DNA from: an uncultured delta proteobacterium
Lineage (GTDB): Bacteria; Desulfobacterota; Binatia; Binatales; Binataceae
Length of the DNA: 64,000 nt
Direction: 5' to 3'
NCBI GenBank assembly: GCA_963765675.1
Contig: CAVXXK010000006.1
Span: 320,001 to 384,000, forward strand
Shown: positions 9,051 through 17,799 of the stretch, piece after piece
Numbering within the stretch: the stretch's first letter is position 1
Layout: every line of letters starts with the position of its first letter
The notes under the pieces: model-generated
The model's input: the letters and a program-made list of their open reading frames with translations, nothing else
Told to the model about the DNA's origin: nothing
The model's database searches: none
Translations under genes and position numbers: made by a program

Positions 9051-9986
9051 ATGAAACTTGCCTACCTGTTCGACGGACAAGGCTCGCAACGCGTCGGGAT
9101 GGGCGCGGAGCTCGCCGCGAATTTTCCGGTCGCGCGCGCGGCCTTCGACGAAGCCGACGCTGCGCTTGGATTCAAGCTCTCGCGGCTATGCTTTGAAGGC
9201 CCGGAAGACGAGCTGAGGCTGACCGCCAACACGCAGCCCGCAATCGTTGCGGCGTCGATCGCGGCGTTTCGCGTCTTCGAGCAGGAAGTCGGCGCTCGCG
9301 CCGAAGTTACGGCCGGCCACAGCCTCGGCGAATACAGCGCGCTCGTCGCCGCAGGTGCGCTGGGCTATGCCGACGCGCTGCGGGCGGTGCGCGAGCGCGG
9401 TAGGCTGATGCAGGAGGCGTGTCCGCAAGGGCAGGGCGCGATGGCCGCGCTCATCGGCCTCGAGCTCGCCGCTGTCGAGGAGATTTGCGCGCAGGTTTCT
9501 TCCGACGGCCAAATCGCGGTGCCGGCGAATCTCAATGCCCCTGGGCAAATCGTTATCGCGGGTCATGCCGCTCCCGTTCGCCGCGCGCTCGAAATCGCAC
9601 AGGAGCGCGGCGCCAAGGCCTCGCAGGAGCTAAAGGTCAGCGCTCCCTTCCATTGTCCGCTGATGGATCCGGCGCGGCGCGGGATGACGCCGGTGCTCGA
9701 GAGGATCACAGTCGCGGCGCCGAAGATCGGCGTGATCGCGAACGTCACCGCCGAGGTCAATCGCGATCCGGCGCGCGTCGTCCCTCTTTTGCTCGAACAG
9801 ATAACCTCGCCAGTACGCTGGGAGGAATCGATGAAGCAGCTCGTCGCTCTCGGCGTCACCGACGCGGTCGAATTTGGCGGCCGAGTGCTGATGGGATTGC
9901 TGCGCCGAATCGATCGCAACATCAAGGTGAAGCCGCTCGAAGATATGGCGGGCCTGAAGGCGATCAAGGAATCCTTCGGCGCCTGA
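9051..9986 (+). CDS. fabD: Malonyl-CoA:ACP transacylase
   Basis: GQGSQ, NTQPAI, GHSLGEY, VSAPFHC. Confidence 0.95.
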   Translation: MKLAYLFDGQGSQRVGMGAELAANFPVARAAFDEADAALGFKLSRLCFEGPEDELRLTANTQPAIVAASIAAFRVFEQEVGARAEVTAGHSLGEYSALVAAGALGYADALRAVRERGRLMQEACPQGQGAMAALIGLELAAVEEICAQVSSDGQIAVPANLNAPGQIVIAGHAAPVRRALEIAQERGAKASQELKVSAPFHCPLMDPARRGMTPVLERITVAAPKIGVIANVTAEVNRDPARVVPLLLEQITSPVRWEESMKQLVALGVTDAVEFGGRVLMGLLRRIDRNIKVKPLEDMAGLKAIKESFGA

Positions 9987-10165
9987 CGCACACGCTGATA
10001 GTGTGTTTGTCTTTGCGGCGCGAGTGGCTGCCATGAGTGAGAAAAAAACCAGGCACCCCCTCCTTGAATCCTCTACCATGTCAGACAATGGGGAAGGAAT
10101 CAGAGAAAGGAAAATCTTGCGGTGTAATGCGGCCGGAGAAATCAGAAAAAGGGCTTATATCCAAC

Positions 10166-10194
10166 TTGCCTGATCGCCCTTAAGTCCTTATGCT
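10166..10194 (+). promoter_or_regulatory. Sigma70-like promoter upstream of acpP
   Basis: TTGCCT-N17-TATGCT; GGAGG RBS before acpP. Confidence 0.55.
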
Positions 10195-10355
10195 GCCCAG
10201 TTAACTGGCGAAGGCGATGCGACCCGGGTGTCGCGGCTTAAAGTCTGGCGGTCGATTCCGCCGCACAGCGCGCGCAATCCCGCCGGCCAGGCAAATAGAT
10301 TCGCATTTTCAGGAGCGGCCCCCGACGGCGCGCTGCCAGGAGGAACCAGAGCACG

Positions 10356-10595
10356 ATGGCATCAGATATTGAAACCAAGGTTCGCGAGAAAATCAGCGAA
10401 CAACTGGGCGTAGCCGCCGACGAAGTGAAACCCGAGTCGTCCTTTATCGAGGATCTCGGCGCGGACTCACTCGATATCGTCGAGCTCGTGATGGCGCTCG
10501 AAGAGGAGTTCAATATCGAGATCTCCGACGAAGACGCCGAAAAAATTCGCACGGTCAAGGACGTCGTCACCTATATCGAGGCGCACAAGAGCTGA
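10356..10595 (+). CDS. acpP: Acyl carrier protein
   Basis: [20 protein letters not shown]. Confidence 0.97.
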   Translation: MASDIETKVREKISEQLGVAADEVKPESSFIEDLGADSLDIVELVMALEEEFNIEISDEDAEKIRTVKDVVTYIEAHKS

Positions 10596-10701
10596 ACGTC
10601 CGCCCTCCATCACGATTCTCTGACGCCGCCGCCGAGAGCGCGCTCGCTTTCCGCGGCGGACGCACGATCACGGCGCGATAAGGATCCCGGAGAGACAAGC
10701 G

Positions 10702-11214
10702 ATGCGCTGTCCGTTCTGCAAGCATCGCGGCAACCGCGTCATCGATTCGCGTCTGGCCACGGACGCCTCGACGATCCGCAGGCGCCGGGTCTGCTCGGCG
10801 TGCAAGCGGCGCTTCACCACCCGCGAGCGGGTCGAGGAATCGGCGCCGATGGTGGTGAAGAAGGACGGGCGGCGCGAACCGTTCGATCGCGCGAAAATTA
10901 TCGGCGGGCTCAAACGCGCCTGCGAGAAGCGCCCGGTCTCGATGGAGACGATCGAGGAGATCGCCAACCGGATCGAGGCTCAGGCCGGCGAGAGCGGGGG
11001 CAAGGAGATTCCCAGCTCCGAAGTCGGTTCCGCCGTGATGAACGAGCTGCATCGGATCGACCAGGTCGCCTACGTGCGCTTTGCCTCGGTGTACCGCTCG
11101 TTCAAAGATATCGATGAGTTCATGCACGAGCTCGAAGATCTGATCCGGGTCCGTAAGGAAACCCTTGACGCGCTCGGCGATACGCGGCCAGCGGGCAAAA
11201 AGAGTGATAGCTGA
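10702..11214 (+). CDS. nrdR: Transcriptional repressor NrdR
   Basis: MRCPFC, VIDSR, IRRRRVC, ATP cone, [10 protein letters not shown]. Confidence 0.96.
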   Translation: MRCPFCKHRGNRVIDSRLATDASTIRRRRVCSACKRRFTTRERVEESAPMVVKKDGRREPFDRAKIIGGLKRACEKRPVSMETIEEIANRIEAQAGESGGKEIPSSEVGSAVMNELHRIDQVAYVRFASVYRSFKDIDEFMHELEDLIRVRKETLDALGDTRPAGKKSDS

Positions 11215-12334
11215 CGCCGCCTCCGGCGCGCAGCGCTCGCGCGACCGCCGCTTCATGGCGATTGCTCTCGGCCTCGCCCGCGGGCAGCTTGGACGGACCT
11301 CGCCCAATCCCTCCGTCGGATGCGTTATCGTCCGCGCAGGAAAGATCATAGGACGTGGCGCGACCGCGGCCGGCGGCCGTCCGCATGCCGAAGCCGTCGC
11401 GCTCGCCGAGGCGGGAGCTCGCGCTCGCGGAGCGACGGCGTACGTATCGCTCGAGCCGTGTGCGCATCAGGGAAAGACTCCGCCATGCGCGAGCGCACTA
11501 GTCGAGGCGCGAGTCGCGCGGGTGGTTATCGGATGCCTCGATCGCTATCCGGCGGTGCGCGGACGCGGCGCCGCGATTTTGCGCCGCGCGGGAATCGAGG
11601 TCACGGTCGGCGTGCGCGAGGACAAATGCGCCGCCTTGAACGAGGGCTTCTTCACCCGCGTTGCGCGCGGGCGTCCGTTTGGGTTGCTCAAACTCGCGAT
11701 GTCGCTGGATGGACGAATCGCCGCGGCCTCGGGCGATTCGAAATGGATCAGCTCCAAACAGTCGCGCGCGCTGGTGCATCGATGGCGCCGCGAGTGCGAT
11801 GCCGTCGTCGTCGGCGCGGGGACTGTAATCGCCGATAATCCGCGCCTGACGTGCCGCACTCCTGGCGGACGCGATCCGATTCGCGTGATCGTCGATGCGC
11901 GCCTGCGGATTTCTCGCGCCGCGCTCGCGCTGACCGAACCCTCGACGGCGGGCGCGATTATCGTAACGACGCGAGCGAATCTTGCGCGGGCTCGCCGACG
12001 CTACGGCGGTCCTCGCGTCGAGATCCTGGCGATCGGAAGCAAAGGCTCGGGAATCGATCTCGCTTCGATGGTGCGCGAGTTCGGGCGGCGCGGATGGAAC
12101 AAAATCCTGTTCGAGGGCGGAGCGCATCTTGCGGGCGCGGCGCTGGCCGCAGGGATCATCGATCGCGCAGCGTTCTTTGTCGCGCCGAAGATCGTCGGTG
12201 GAGGTTTGGGCGCGATCGAGGGCCTCGCAACGGCGCGGATCACTCAATCGATTGCGTTTGAGGATATGTCGATGCATCAGGTTGGCCCAGATCTTCTGAT
12301 AGAAGGCCGCCCGCGCGTCCGGAAGAAGCGGTGA
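11204..12334 (+). CDS. ribD: Bifunctional pyrimidine deaminase/reductase RibD
   Basis: [45 protein letters not shown]. Confidence 0.95.
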   Translation: MIADAASGAQRSRDRRFMAIALGLARGQLGRTSPNPSVGCVIVRAGKIIGRGATAAGGRPHAEAVALAEAGARARGATAYVSLEPCAHQGKTPPCASALVEARVARVVIGCLDRYPAVRGRGAAILRRAGIEVTVGVREDKCAALNEGFFTRVARGRPFGLLKLAMSLDGRIAAASGDSKWISSKQSRALVHRWRRECDAVVVGAGTVIADNPRLTCRTPGGRDPIRVIVDARLRISRAALALTEPSTAGAIIVTTRANLARARRRYGGPRVEILAIGSKGSGIDLASMVREFGRRGWNKILFEGGAHLAGAALAAGIIDRAAFFVAPKIVGGGLGAIEGLATARITQSIAFEDMSMHQVGPDLLIEGRPRVRKKR

Positions 12335-12409
12335 GGAGCGGTGCGCAATGAAACGGCCGCCGCTGGCGCGCTAGTCGCGTCCGTAAGGTGGTGATACCAT
12401 CTGATCCGC

Positions 12410-13633
12410 GTGAGCAACTCGATGTCCACTACTTCGCTCGAAGACGTTTTCGGCCGAATCCGCGCCGCAAAAATGGTCGTGATGATCGCCGAAGACCGCG
12501 ATGACGCCGAGGGCGACCTCGTCATGGCGGCGGAAAAAGTCACGCCCAGTCATGTGAACTTCATGGCCCGCGAGGCGCGTGGAATCGTCTCGATCGCGAT
12601 CACCGACAAGCGGATGCGCGAGCTCGGAATCCCGCTGGCAACCTCCTCGGACAGCGACAATCTGCCGGAGCAGGCGGGCGTGCTGGTCGAGGCGCGCGAG
12701 GGCGTCACCACCGGAATCTCGACCAGCGACCGTGCCCGCACAATCCAGGTGGTCGCGTCGAAGACCACCGGCCCCGAAGATATCGTGATGCCCGGGCATG
12801 TGCTGCCGCTGATGGCGTTGGCCGGCGGCGTCATGATGCGGGTCGGACGCGCCGAAGGTGCGGTTGATCTGGTGCGATGCGCGGGGCTCGGGCCGGCAGC
12901 CGCTCTATGCACGATCCTGCGCGACGACGGCGAGGCGGCGCGGATGGCCGACTTGAAGGAATTCGCGGCGCGGCATGAGCTGCCGATTGTGTTCGTGCGC
13001 GAGCTGGTGTCGTATCGGTTGACCAACGAAACCCTGGTGCGCCGCGTCTCGGAGGTTCCGTTCTCGCTGCTCGCGGGATCATTCAAGGCGGTGATTTTTC
13101 GCAATATCGTCGATGGCCGCGAGCACATGGCCCTGGTGAAGGGCAATGTCGGCGGCGGACGTCCCGCTCTGGTGCGGCTGCATTCGGAGTGCTTGACAGG
13201 CGACGTCTTCGAGTCGCGCCGATGCGATTGCGGCGAGCAACTACAGGAATCGGTGAACCGGATTCTCGAGGCTGACGCCGGCGTGATCATTTATTTGCAT
13301 CAGGAAGGGCGGGGGATCGGACTCGGGAATAAGATTCGGGCGTACGCGCTTCAGGACGGCGGGCTGGATACGGTCGAAGCGAACCTCGAGCTCGGCTTCG
13401 ACGACGATCTGCGCGACTACGGAATCGGCGCCCAGATTTTGCGCGACCTTGGCGTCGGCGAAGTGAAGCTCCTGACCAATAATCCGCACAAGATCGAAAG
13501 CCTGCGGCGCTACGGCGTAAACGTCACCCGGGTTCCGCTCGAGGTTGCGCCGCACGACAGCAATATCGGATACCTGCGAACCAAAAAAGAAAAACTCGGC
13601 CATCTGTTCTCCGAGCTCAAACTTCTGACCTGA
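12410..13633 (+). CDS. ribA: RibBA-type fusion: degenerate DHBP synthase domain + intact GTP cyclohydrolase II
   Basis: C-terminal [32 protein letters not shown] intact; N-terminal RibB motifs altered (see findings). Confidence 0.9.
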   Translation: MSNSMSTTSLEDVFGRIRAAKMVVMIAEDRDDAEGDLVMAAEKVTPSHVNFMAREARGIVSIAITDKRMRELGIPLATSSDSDNLPEQAGVLVEAREGVTTGISTSDRARTIQVVASKTTGPEDIVMPGHVLPLMALAGGVMMRVGRAEGAVDLVRCAGLGPAAALCTILRDDGEAARMADLKEFAARHELPIVFVRELVSYRLTNETLVRRVSEVPFSLLAGSFKAVIFRNIVDGREHMALVKGNVGGGRPALVRLHSECLTGDVFESRRCDCGEQLQESVNRILEADAGVIIYLHQEGRGIGLGNKIRAYALQDGGLDTVEANLELGFDDDLRDYGIGAQILRDLGVGEVKLLTNNPHKIESLRRYGVNVTRVPLEVAPHDSNIGYLRTKKEKLGHLFSELKLLT

Positions 13634-13651
13634 CCGCAGGCGCTAAGACCC

Positions 13652-14101
13652 ATGGGAATCCGGCACGAGGGGCGCGAGCTCGCGCTCAAGGCGCTTTATC
13701 GAATCGATATCTGCGGCGGAGCCTCGAACGAGGACCTGCTGCTGTTCTTCGACAGCTTTCCCGCCGACCCGCGCGTGCGCAGTTTTGCGATGCGCATAGT
13801 CGACGGCGTTTGCGGCGAGATTCCCGCATTGGACAAATCAGTCGGGGACGCGCTCGAGCATTGGAAGATTCGCAGGCTGTCGCGGGTCGATCACAATATC
13901 TTGCGCATGGCGCTGTACGAGCTGATGCGGATCGACGATATCCCCGCGCGGGTCACGATCGACGAGGCGATCGAGCTCGCCAAATGCTACGGCGATCAGG
14001 ATTCGGGGCGCTTCGTCAACGGCGTGCTCGACCAGCTCGCGTCGCGACTCAACCTCAAGCAAAAGGGCGAGCCTGCGGAAGCGGCCAAGCCGCAGCCGTA
14101 G
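13652..14101 (+). CDS. nusB: Transcription antitermination factor NusB
   Basis: RELALKALY, VDHNILR, IDEAIELAK, FVNGVLD. Confidence 0.93.
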   Translation: MGIRHEGRELALKALYRIDICGGASNEDLLLFFDSFPADPRVRSFAMRIVDGVCGEIPALDKSVGDALEHWKIRRLSRVDHNILRMALYELMRIDDIPARVTIDEAIELAKCYGDQDSGRFVNGVLDQLASRLNLKQKGEPAEAAKPQP

Positions 14102-14124
14102 GGTCGCAATGAGCAGAGTTCACG

Positions 14125-15219
14125 ATGCCGCTTGAATCTGCGCTCGCATTTCTCAAGTCTGGCGGGAAATCGCTTCCGCCCGCTATCGTGATTTTCGGAC
14201 CTCATCCGTTTCTCCGCGAAGCCGTGCTCGGATCGATCATCGATGGATTGCTCGAGTCCGGTTACCAGTATCGCTCAATTCACATCTCCTCGAATTCTGA
14301 TTTCGATCGCGCTCTGGAAGAGGTGCGCGCTCCTGATCTATTCGCCGCCAAGCGCGTCGTTGTATGCCGCGTACTCAAGGCGCTTCGCGAGCGCGCCGAT
14401 GACACCGAGGTCGATGCGGACGACGACGCCGAACGCCGCAGCGGACCGTCACGCGGAGGCGAGGCGGAAGTCGCCGAGGCTCTTGAATCCGCGCGCGGGC
14501 CAAATCACCTCGTGCTGGTCTATGAGCGCGACAACGCGCCGGCAAAGATTCGCAAAGCGGCGGAAAAGTCGGCGCTGTTCATCGGATGCGGCCGTCCGTA
14601 TGACAATCAAATCGCCGAATATGCCGACGCAATCGCGCGCGCGCGAAAAATCCGACTCGAGCGCGGAGCTGCGGCCGCGCTGGCGGAGCGCCACGCCGGC
14701 GATCTGGCGGCAATCTCCAATGCTATCTCCAAGGCTGCGATTTTCGCCGAAGCAGGGCAGCCGATTCGTGTCGATGATCTCAACGATCCGGGAATCCGGC
14801 GCATGCCCGACGTGTTCGAAATCGCCGACAGCCTGGCGCGCGGACGCGCCGCCGTGGCGATTGCGCAAATTGATCGCGCGGTCGCGCTCGGACGCGACTC
14901 GATCGAGATTCTGGCGGTCGAGATTATTCCGGTGATGCGGCGGATGATGACGGCGACGGCGATGCTCTCGCGCAGACGCAGCCCGAACGAGATCGCCGCG
15001 GCGCTCGGCGTTTCTCCGATGAGCGGGCTCGCGACTCGCGCGATCGAGGGCGCGCGCCGCTTCGGTCCGCGCCGCCTCGAGCGCGCCTACCGTCGCGCTG
15101 CCGAACTGGATGAAGGTTTCAAGAACGGAACGATCAAGGAACGCGAACAGGCAATTGGCGCGCTACTGATCGAGCTGATGGCCGCGCAAGATTCTCCGCG
15201 CGACGGCGCGCGCACCTGA
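14125..15219 (+). CDS. holA: DNA polymerase III delta subunit
   Basis: VIFGPHPFL, APDLFAAKRVVV, DVFEIADSL; convergent with rpsT, a conserved arrangement. Confidence 0.8.
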   Translation: MPLESALAFLKSGGKSLPPAIVIFGPHPFLREAVLGSIIDGLLESGYQYRSIHISSNSDFDRALEEVRAPDLFAAKRVVVCRVLKALRERADDTEVDADDDAERRSGPSRGGEAEVAEALESARGPNHLVLVYERDNAPAKIRKAAEKSALFIGCGRPYDNQIAEYADAIARARKIRLERGAAAALAERHAGDLAAISNAISKAAIFAEAGQPIRVDDLNDPGIRRMPDVFEIADSLARGRAAVAIAQIDRAVALGRDSIEILAVEIIPVMRRMMTATAMLSRRRSPNEIAAALGVSPMSGLATRAIEGARRFGPRRLERAYRRAAELDEGFKNGTIKEREQAIGALLIELMAAQDSPRDGART

Positions 15220-15240
15220 CGCGCGATAGTCGATTTTTGT

Positions 15241-15316
15241 TCATTCCGAGCGCGAACGGGCGACGCGTAACGCGTGATGCGACAAACGCGTTGTAGCGAA
15301 CGTCGCGAGGAATCTC
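15241..15316 (+). repeat. REP-like half unit, family B, with expanded internal hairpin
   Basis: TCATTCCGAGCG...CGAGGAATCT resembles the GTCATCCTGAGC...CGAAGGATCT units at 15751 and 47763. Confidence 0.5.
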
Positions 15317-15366
15317 GCCCGTCGCACCGACGGCTCCCTCGCAGTGATGGGCGGAGAAAGGCGAAA

Positions 15367-15657
15367 CTACTTGGCTTCGGCTTTGCCGTGCGCCTTGTGA
15401 AAACGCGCGCTCAGCCGTGCGATCTGTCGCCGCGCCGTATTGCGATGCAACGTGCCCTTGCTTTGGGCCTTCTGCAGCGCACGAGTAGCGGCCTTGAGCT
15501 TCGCGGCGCCATCGGCGGCGTCGGCGCCTGCGATCGCCTCGACCGCGAGCTTCACGGTATTGCGCACCTGCGATTTGATCGCATGGTTGCGCTCGGCGCG
15601 TTTAAGGTTTTGGCGATGGCGCTTCTGGGCCGACGGATGAACTGGAATATGCGGCAT
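15367..15657 (-). CDS. rpsT: 30S ribosomal protein S20
   Basis: HPSAQKRHRQNLKRAERN, KGTLHRNTARRQIARL. Confidence 0.95.
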   Translation of the reverse strand: MPHIPVHPSAQKRHRQNLKRAERNHAIKSQVRNTVKLAVEAIAGADAADGAAKLKAATRALQKAQSKGTLHRNTARRQIARLSARFHKAHGKAEAK

Positions 15658-15750
15658 GACCCCGAATAGCTAACAGCGCCCGCCGCACGGGTCAACACTA
15701 CCGCTTCTGATTCCTCCTCGTTCTTTTGAGAGACTATCGATTTAGCTGTA

Positions 15751-15868
15751 GTCATCCTGAGCCGTAGGCGAAGGATCTCCGCGAAGCGATTAGTGCAAAC
15801 AACCTGGGATTTCCGCACTAATCGCTTCGCGGAGATCCTTCACTCCGGCAACCTCCGTTCAGGATGAC
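15751..15868. repeat. REP doublet, family B (long palindrome)
   Basis: GTCATCCTGAGCCGTAGGCGAAGGATCTCCGCGAAGCGATTAGTGC ... GCACTAATCGCTTCGCGGAGATCCTTC...TTCAGGATGAC forms an extended inverted repeat. Confidence 0.8.
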
Positions 15869-15961
15869 GGATAAGAATTCGGGGTTTATCGACACGGCGA
15901 CTGGTAACTCGCCTTCGATACCGCCGGTAGGGGGCGCAAAATAACCGTCGAGAACCATGCG

Positions 15962-16165
15962 ACAGATTCCAGTTCCAGCGAGAAGTGTACGTATCCGTTT
16001 AACGGCTATGCGGTCGAGATGTTTCTTGACGATCAGGCCGACTATGTCGCGCATTTTGCGGAATTGCCCAACGTGTCCGCCTTCGGACGCACTCCTGCCA
16101 GGGCACTGGCCGAACTCGCCGTTGCTTGGAACCTCGTGAAAGCGTGTATCCTCGGGATTCCTTAG
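15962..16165 (+). pseudogene. HicB-like antitoxin remnant
   Basis: The frame from 15962 reads TDSSSEKCTYPFNGYAVEMFLDDQADYVAHFAELPNVSAFGRTPARALAELAVAWNLVKACILGIP*, resembling the HicB N-terminal domain. The upstream ATG at 15957 is out of frame and the C-terminal part is missing. Confidence 0.6.
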
Positions 16166-16956
16166 TCGTCGGCGACACTGATTTTCTTCGCTTCCTGCCA
16201 GAGCGATTCTACCTGCTCAGGAGACATCGCTTTCAGGTCGAGGCCGCGGGTGGCGGCCAGGCGCTCAAGGTTCGCGAACCTTGCGATGAACTTGTCGCAG
16301 GCGCGGCGTAGAACTTCTTCGGGGTTGGTGCCAATGAAGCGGGGAATGTTTGCGGCCGCGAGCATCAGGTCGCCGAGTTCTTCCGACAGCATCGCGAGGT
16401 CTCCGCGTGCGAGCGCGTTCTCTGCCTCCTCGAGCTCTTCGCGAACCTTCGCGAGCACCTCGCGCGCGTCGGCCCAGTCCATCCCGAGGCGGCGCGCCTT
16501 TTCACCGAGCTTCTCCGCGCGCATCAGGGCGGGCAGGGCGCGTCCCGTGTCAGCAAGCGACGACGCGCTGGTGACGCGCTTGCCGGCCTTTTCCTGCGCC
16601 TTGATTTTGTCCCATTGGACTAGCACCTGCGCCGAGGTTTCGGCCTTCACGTCGCCGTATACATGCGGATGACGCCGCACGAGCTTGTCCGCGGCCCGCG
16701 CGAGCACATTCGCAAGGTCGGGCGCGCCCGCTTCCGCTGCCAGCGTGCATGAGAAAATCGCCTGGACGATCAGGTCGCCAAGCTCTTCGACGATCTCTGC
16801 GTTGTCGCCCGACGCGATCGCATCCGCCGATTCGTAGGCTTCTTCAATCAGGTGGCGCGATGAGCCTACCAGTGTCTGCTCGCGATCCCACGCGCATTTC
16901 TGGCGCAGCTCGCGCACGATCTCGGCCAGCCGCGCGAATTCCTGCGCTTCGTTCAT
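16162..16956 (-). CDS. mazG: Nucleoside triphosphate pyrophosphohydrolase MazG
   Basis: CAWDREQT, IEEAYE, EELGDL, KLVRRHPHVYG, second EELGDL repeat. Confidence 0.93.
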   Translation of the reverse strand: MNEAQEFARLAEIVRELRQKCAWDREQTLVGSSRHLIEEAYESADAIASGDNAEIVEELGDLIVQAIFSCTLAAEAGAPDLANVLARAADKLVRRHPHVYGDVKAETSAQVLVQWDKIKAQEKAGKRVTSASSLADTGRALPALMRAEKLGEKARRLGMDWADAREVLAKVREELEEAENALARGDLAMLSEELGDLMLAAANIPRFIGTNPEEVLRRACDKFIARFANLERLAATRGLDLKAMSPEQVESLWQEAKKISVADD

Positions 16957-17615
16957 GCGGTAAGAATCGGAGAAAGTACTTTGGAGGTCAGGAACTCGCT
17001 TAAGTCCTCGAGGCCGTCCGCCGTGATCTCGTGTCCGCAGTCATATTCTTTGTAAACGAGCGGCACACGCAGCTCGCGCAAGTTCTCGACCGAGGTTCGC
17101 GCGCGCGCGATTTCGATCATCTCGTCGCCGCGTCCGTGCTGGACCATCGTGGGCAGCCGCTCGAGCGCGGCGCGGTCGGTCACGGCGTCCTTCAAGTCGG
17201 GCGGGAACCAGGTCGAAAGCGCAACCAGCGCCGCGAAGCGCGACGGGTTCGTCATCGCCAGCGTGTAAGCCATATATCCGCCCTGGCTGAAGCCGAGCAC
17301 CACGAGTTTGCGCCGATCAATCGGATAACGCTCGAGCGCGGAATCGACGAAGCGCTCCGCCGCTTTACCCGCGGTCTCGATCGCGTCCCGATCAGGTGTG
17401 CCACCCATCCGGATCGGGAACCATCCGTAGCCGCGCGTTGGTCCGACCGGCACTTCAATGGCTCCCTGCGGACAGATGACCATGAACTTTCCGCCGGCGA
17501 TGTATGGCGCGAGGCCGATCAGGTCGAGTGCGCTCGCTCCCCACCCGTGCATCGCGATAATCGCCGGATGCGGTCCTGCACCTGCGGGTTCATAGACGGT
17601 GTGAATCAGATCCAT
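16953..17615 (-). CDS. Phospholipase/carboxylesterase
   Basis: MHGWGA, GFSQGG, HGRGDEMI, GHEI. Confidence 0.9.
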   Translation of the reverse strand: MDLIHTVYEPAGAGPHPAIIAMHGWGASALDLIGLAPYIAGGKFMVICPQGAIEVPVGPTRGYGWFPIRMGGTPDRDAIETAGKAAERFVDSALERYPIDRRKLVVLGFSQGGYMAYTLAMTNPSRFAALVALSTWFPPDLKDAVTDRAALERLPTMVQHGRGDEMIEIARARTSVENLRELRVPLVYKEYDCGHEITADGLEDLSEFLTSKVLSPILTA

Positions 17616-17799
17616 GCGGCGAAACCTCCGGGAGCGATCCTGCGGGCATCATAGGATGCGCGGAAACCGATACGCCAGCACCCTGTTCATCAGGCTGTCC
17701 ATCTCCGGTATGGTATCGGGCGGCGCCCAAGCGCGCGTGACTCCTTGAGCGATGTGCTGATCTTGAGCAACCTGACGGTCTGGCGATGAATTGGCGGTG

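Noticed and set aside
10033-10173. 46-aa small ORF in the fabD-acpP gap
   Set aside because: No clear RBS, A-rich atypical codons, overlaps the putative acpP -35 element, no recognisable family
16162-16956. mazG as part of an anti-phage or TA system with the HicB remnant
   Set aside because: Ordinary tandem-domain housekeeping MazG, coupled to an esterase gene and convergent to the remnant; no evidence of functional linkage
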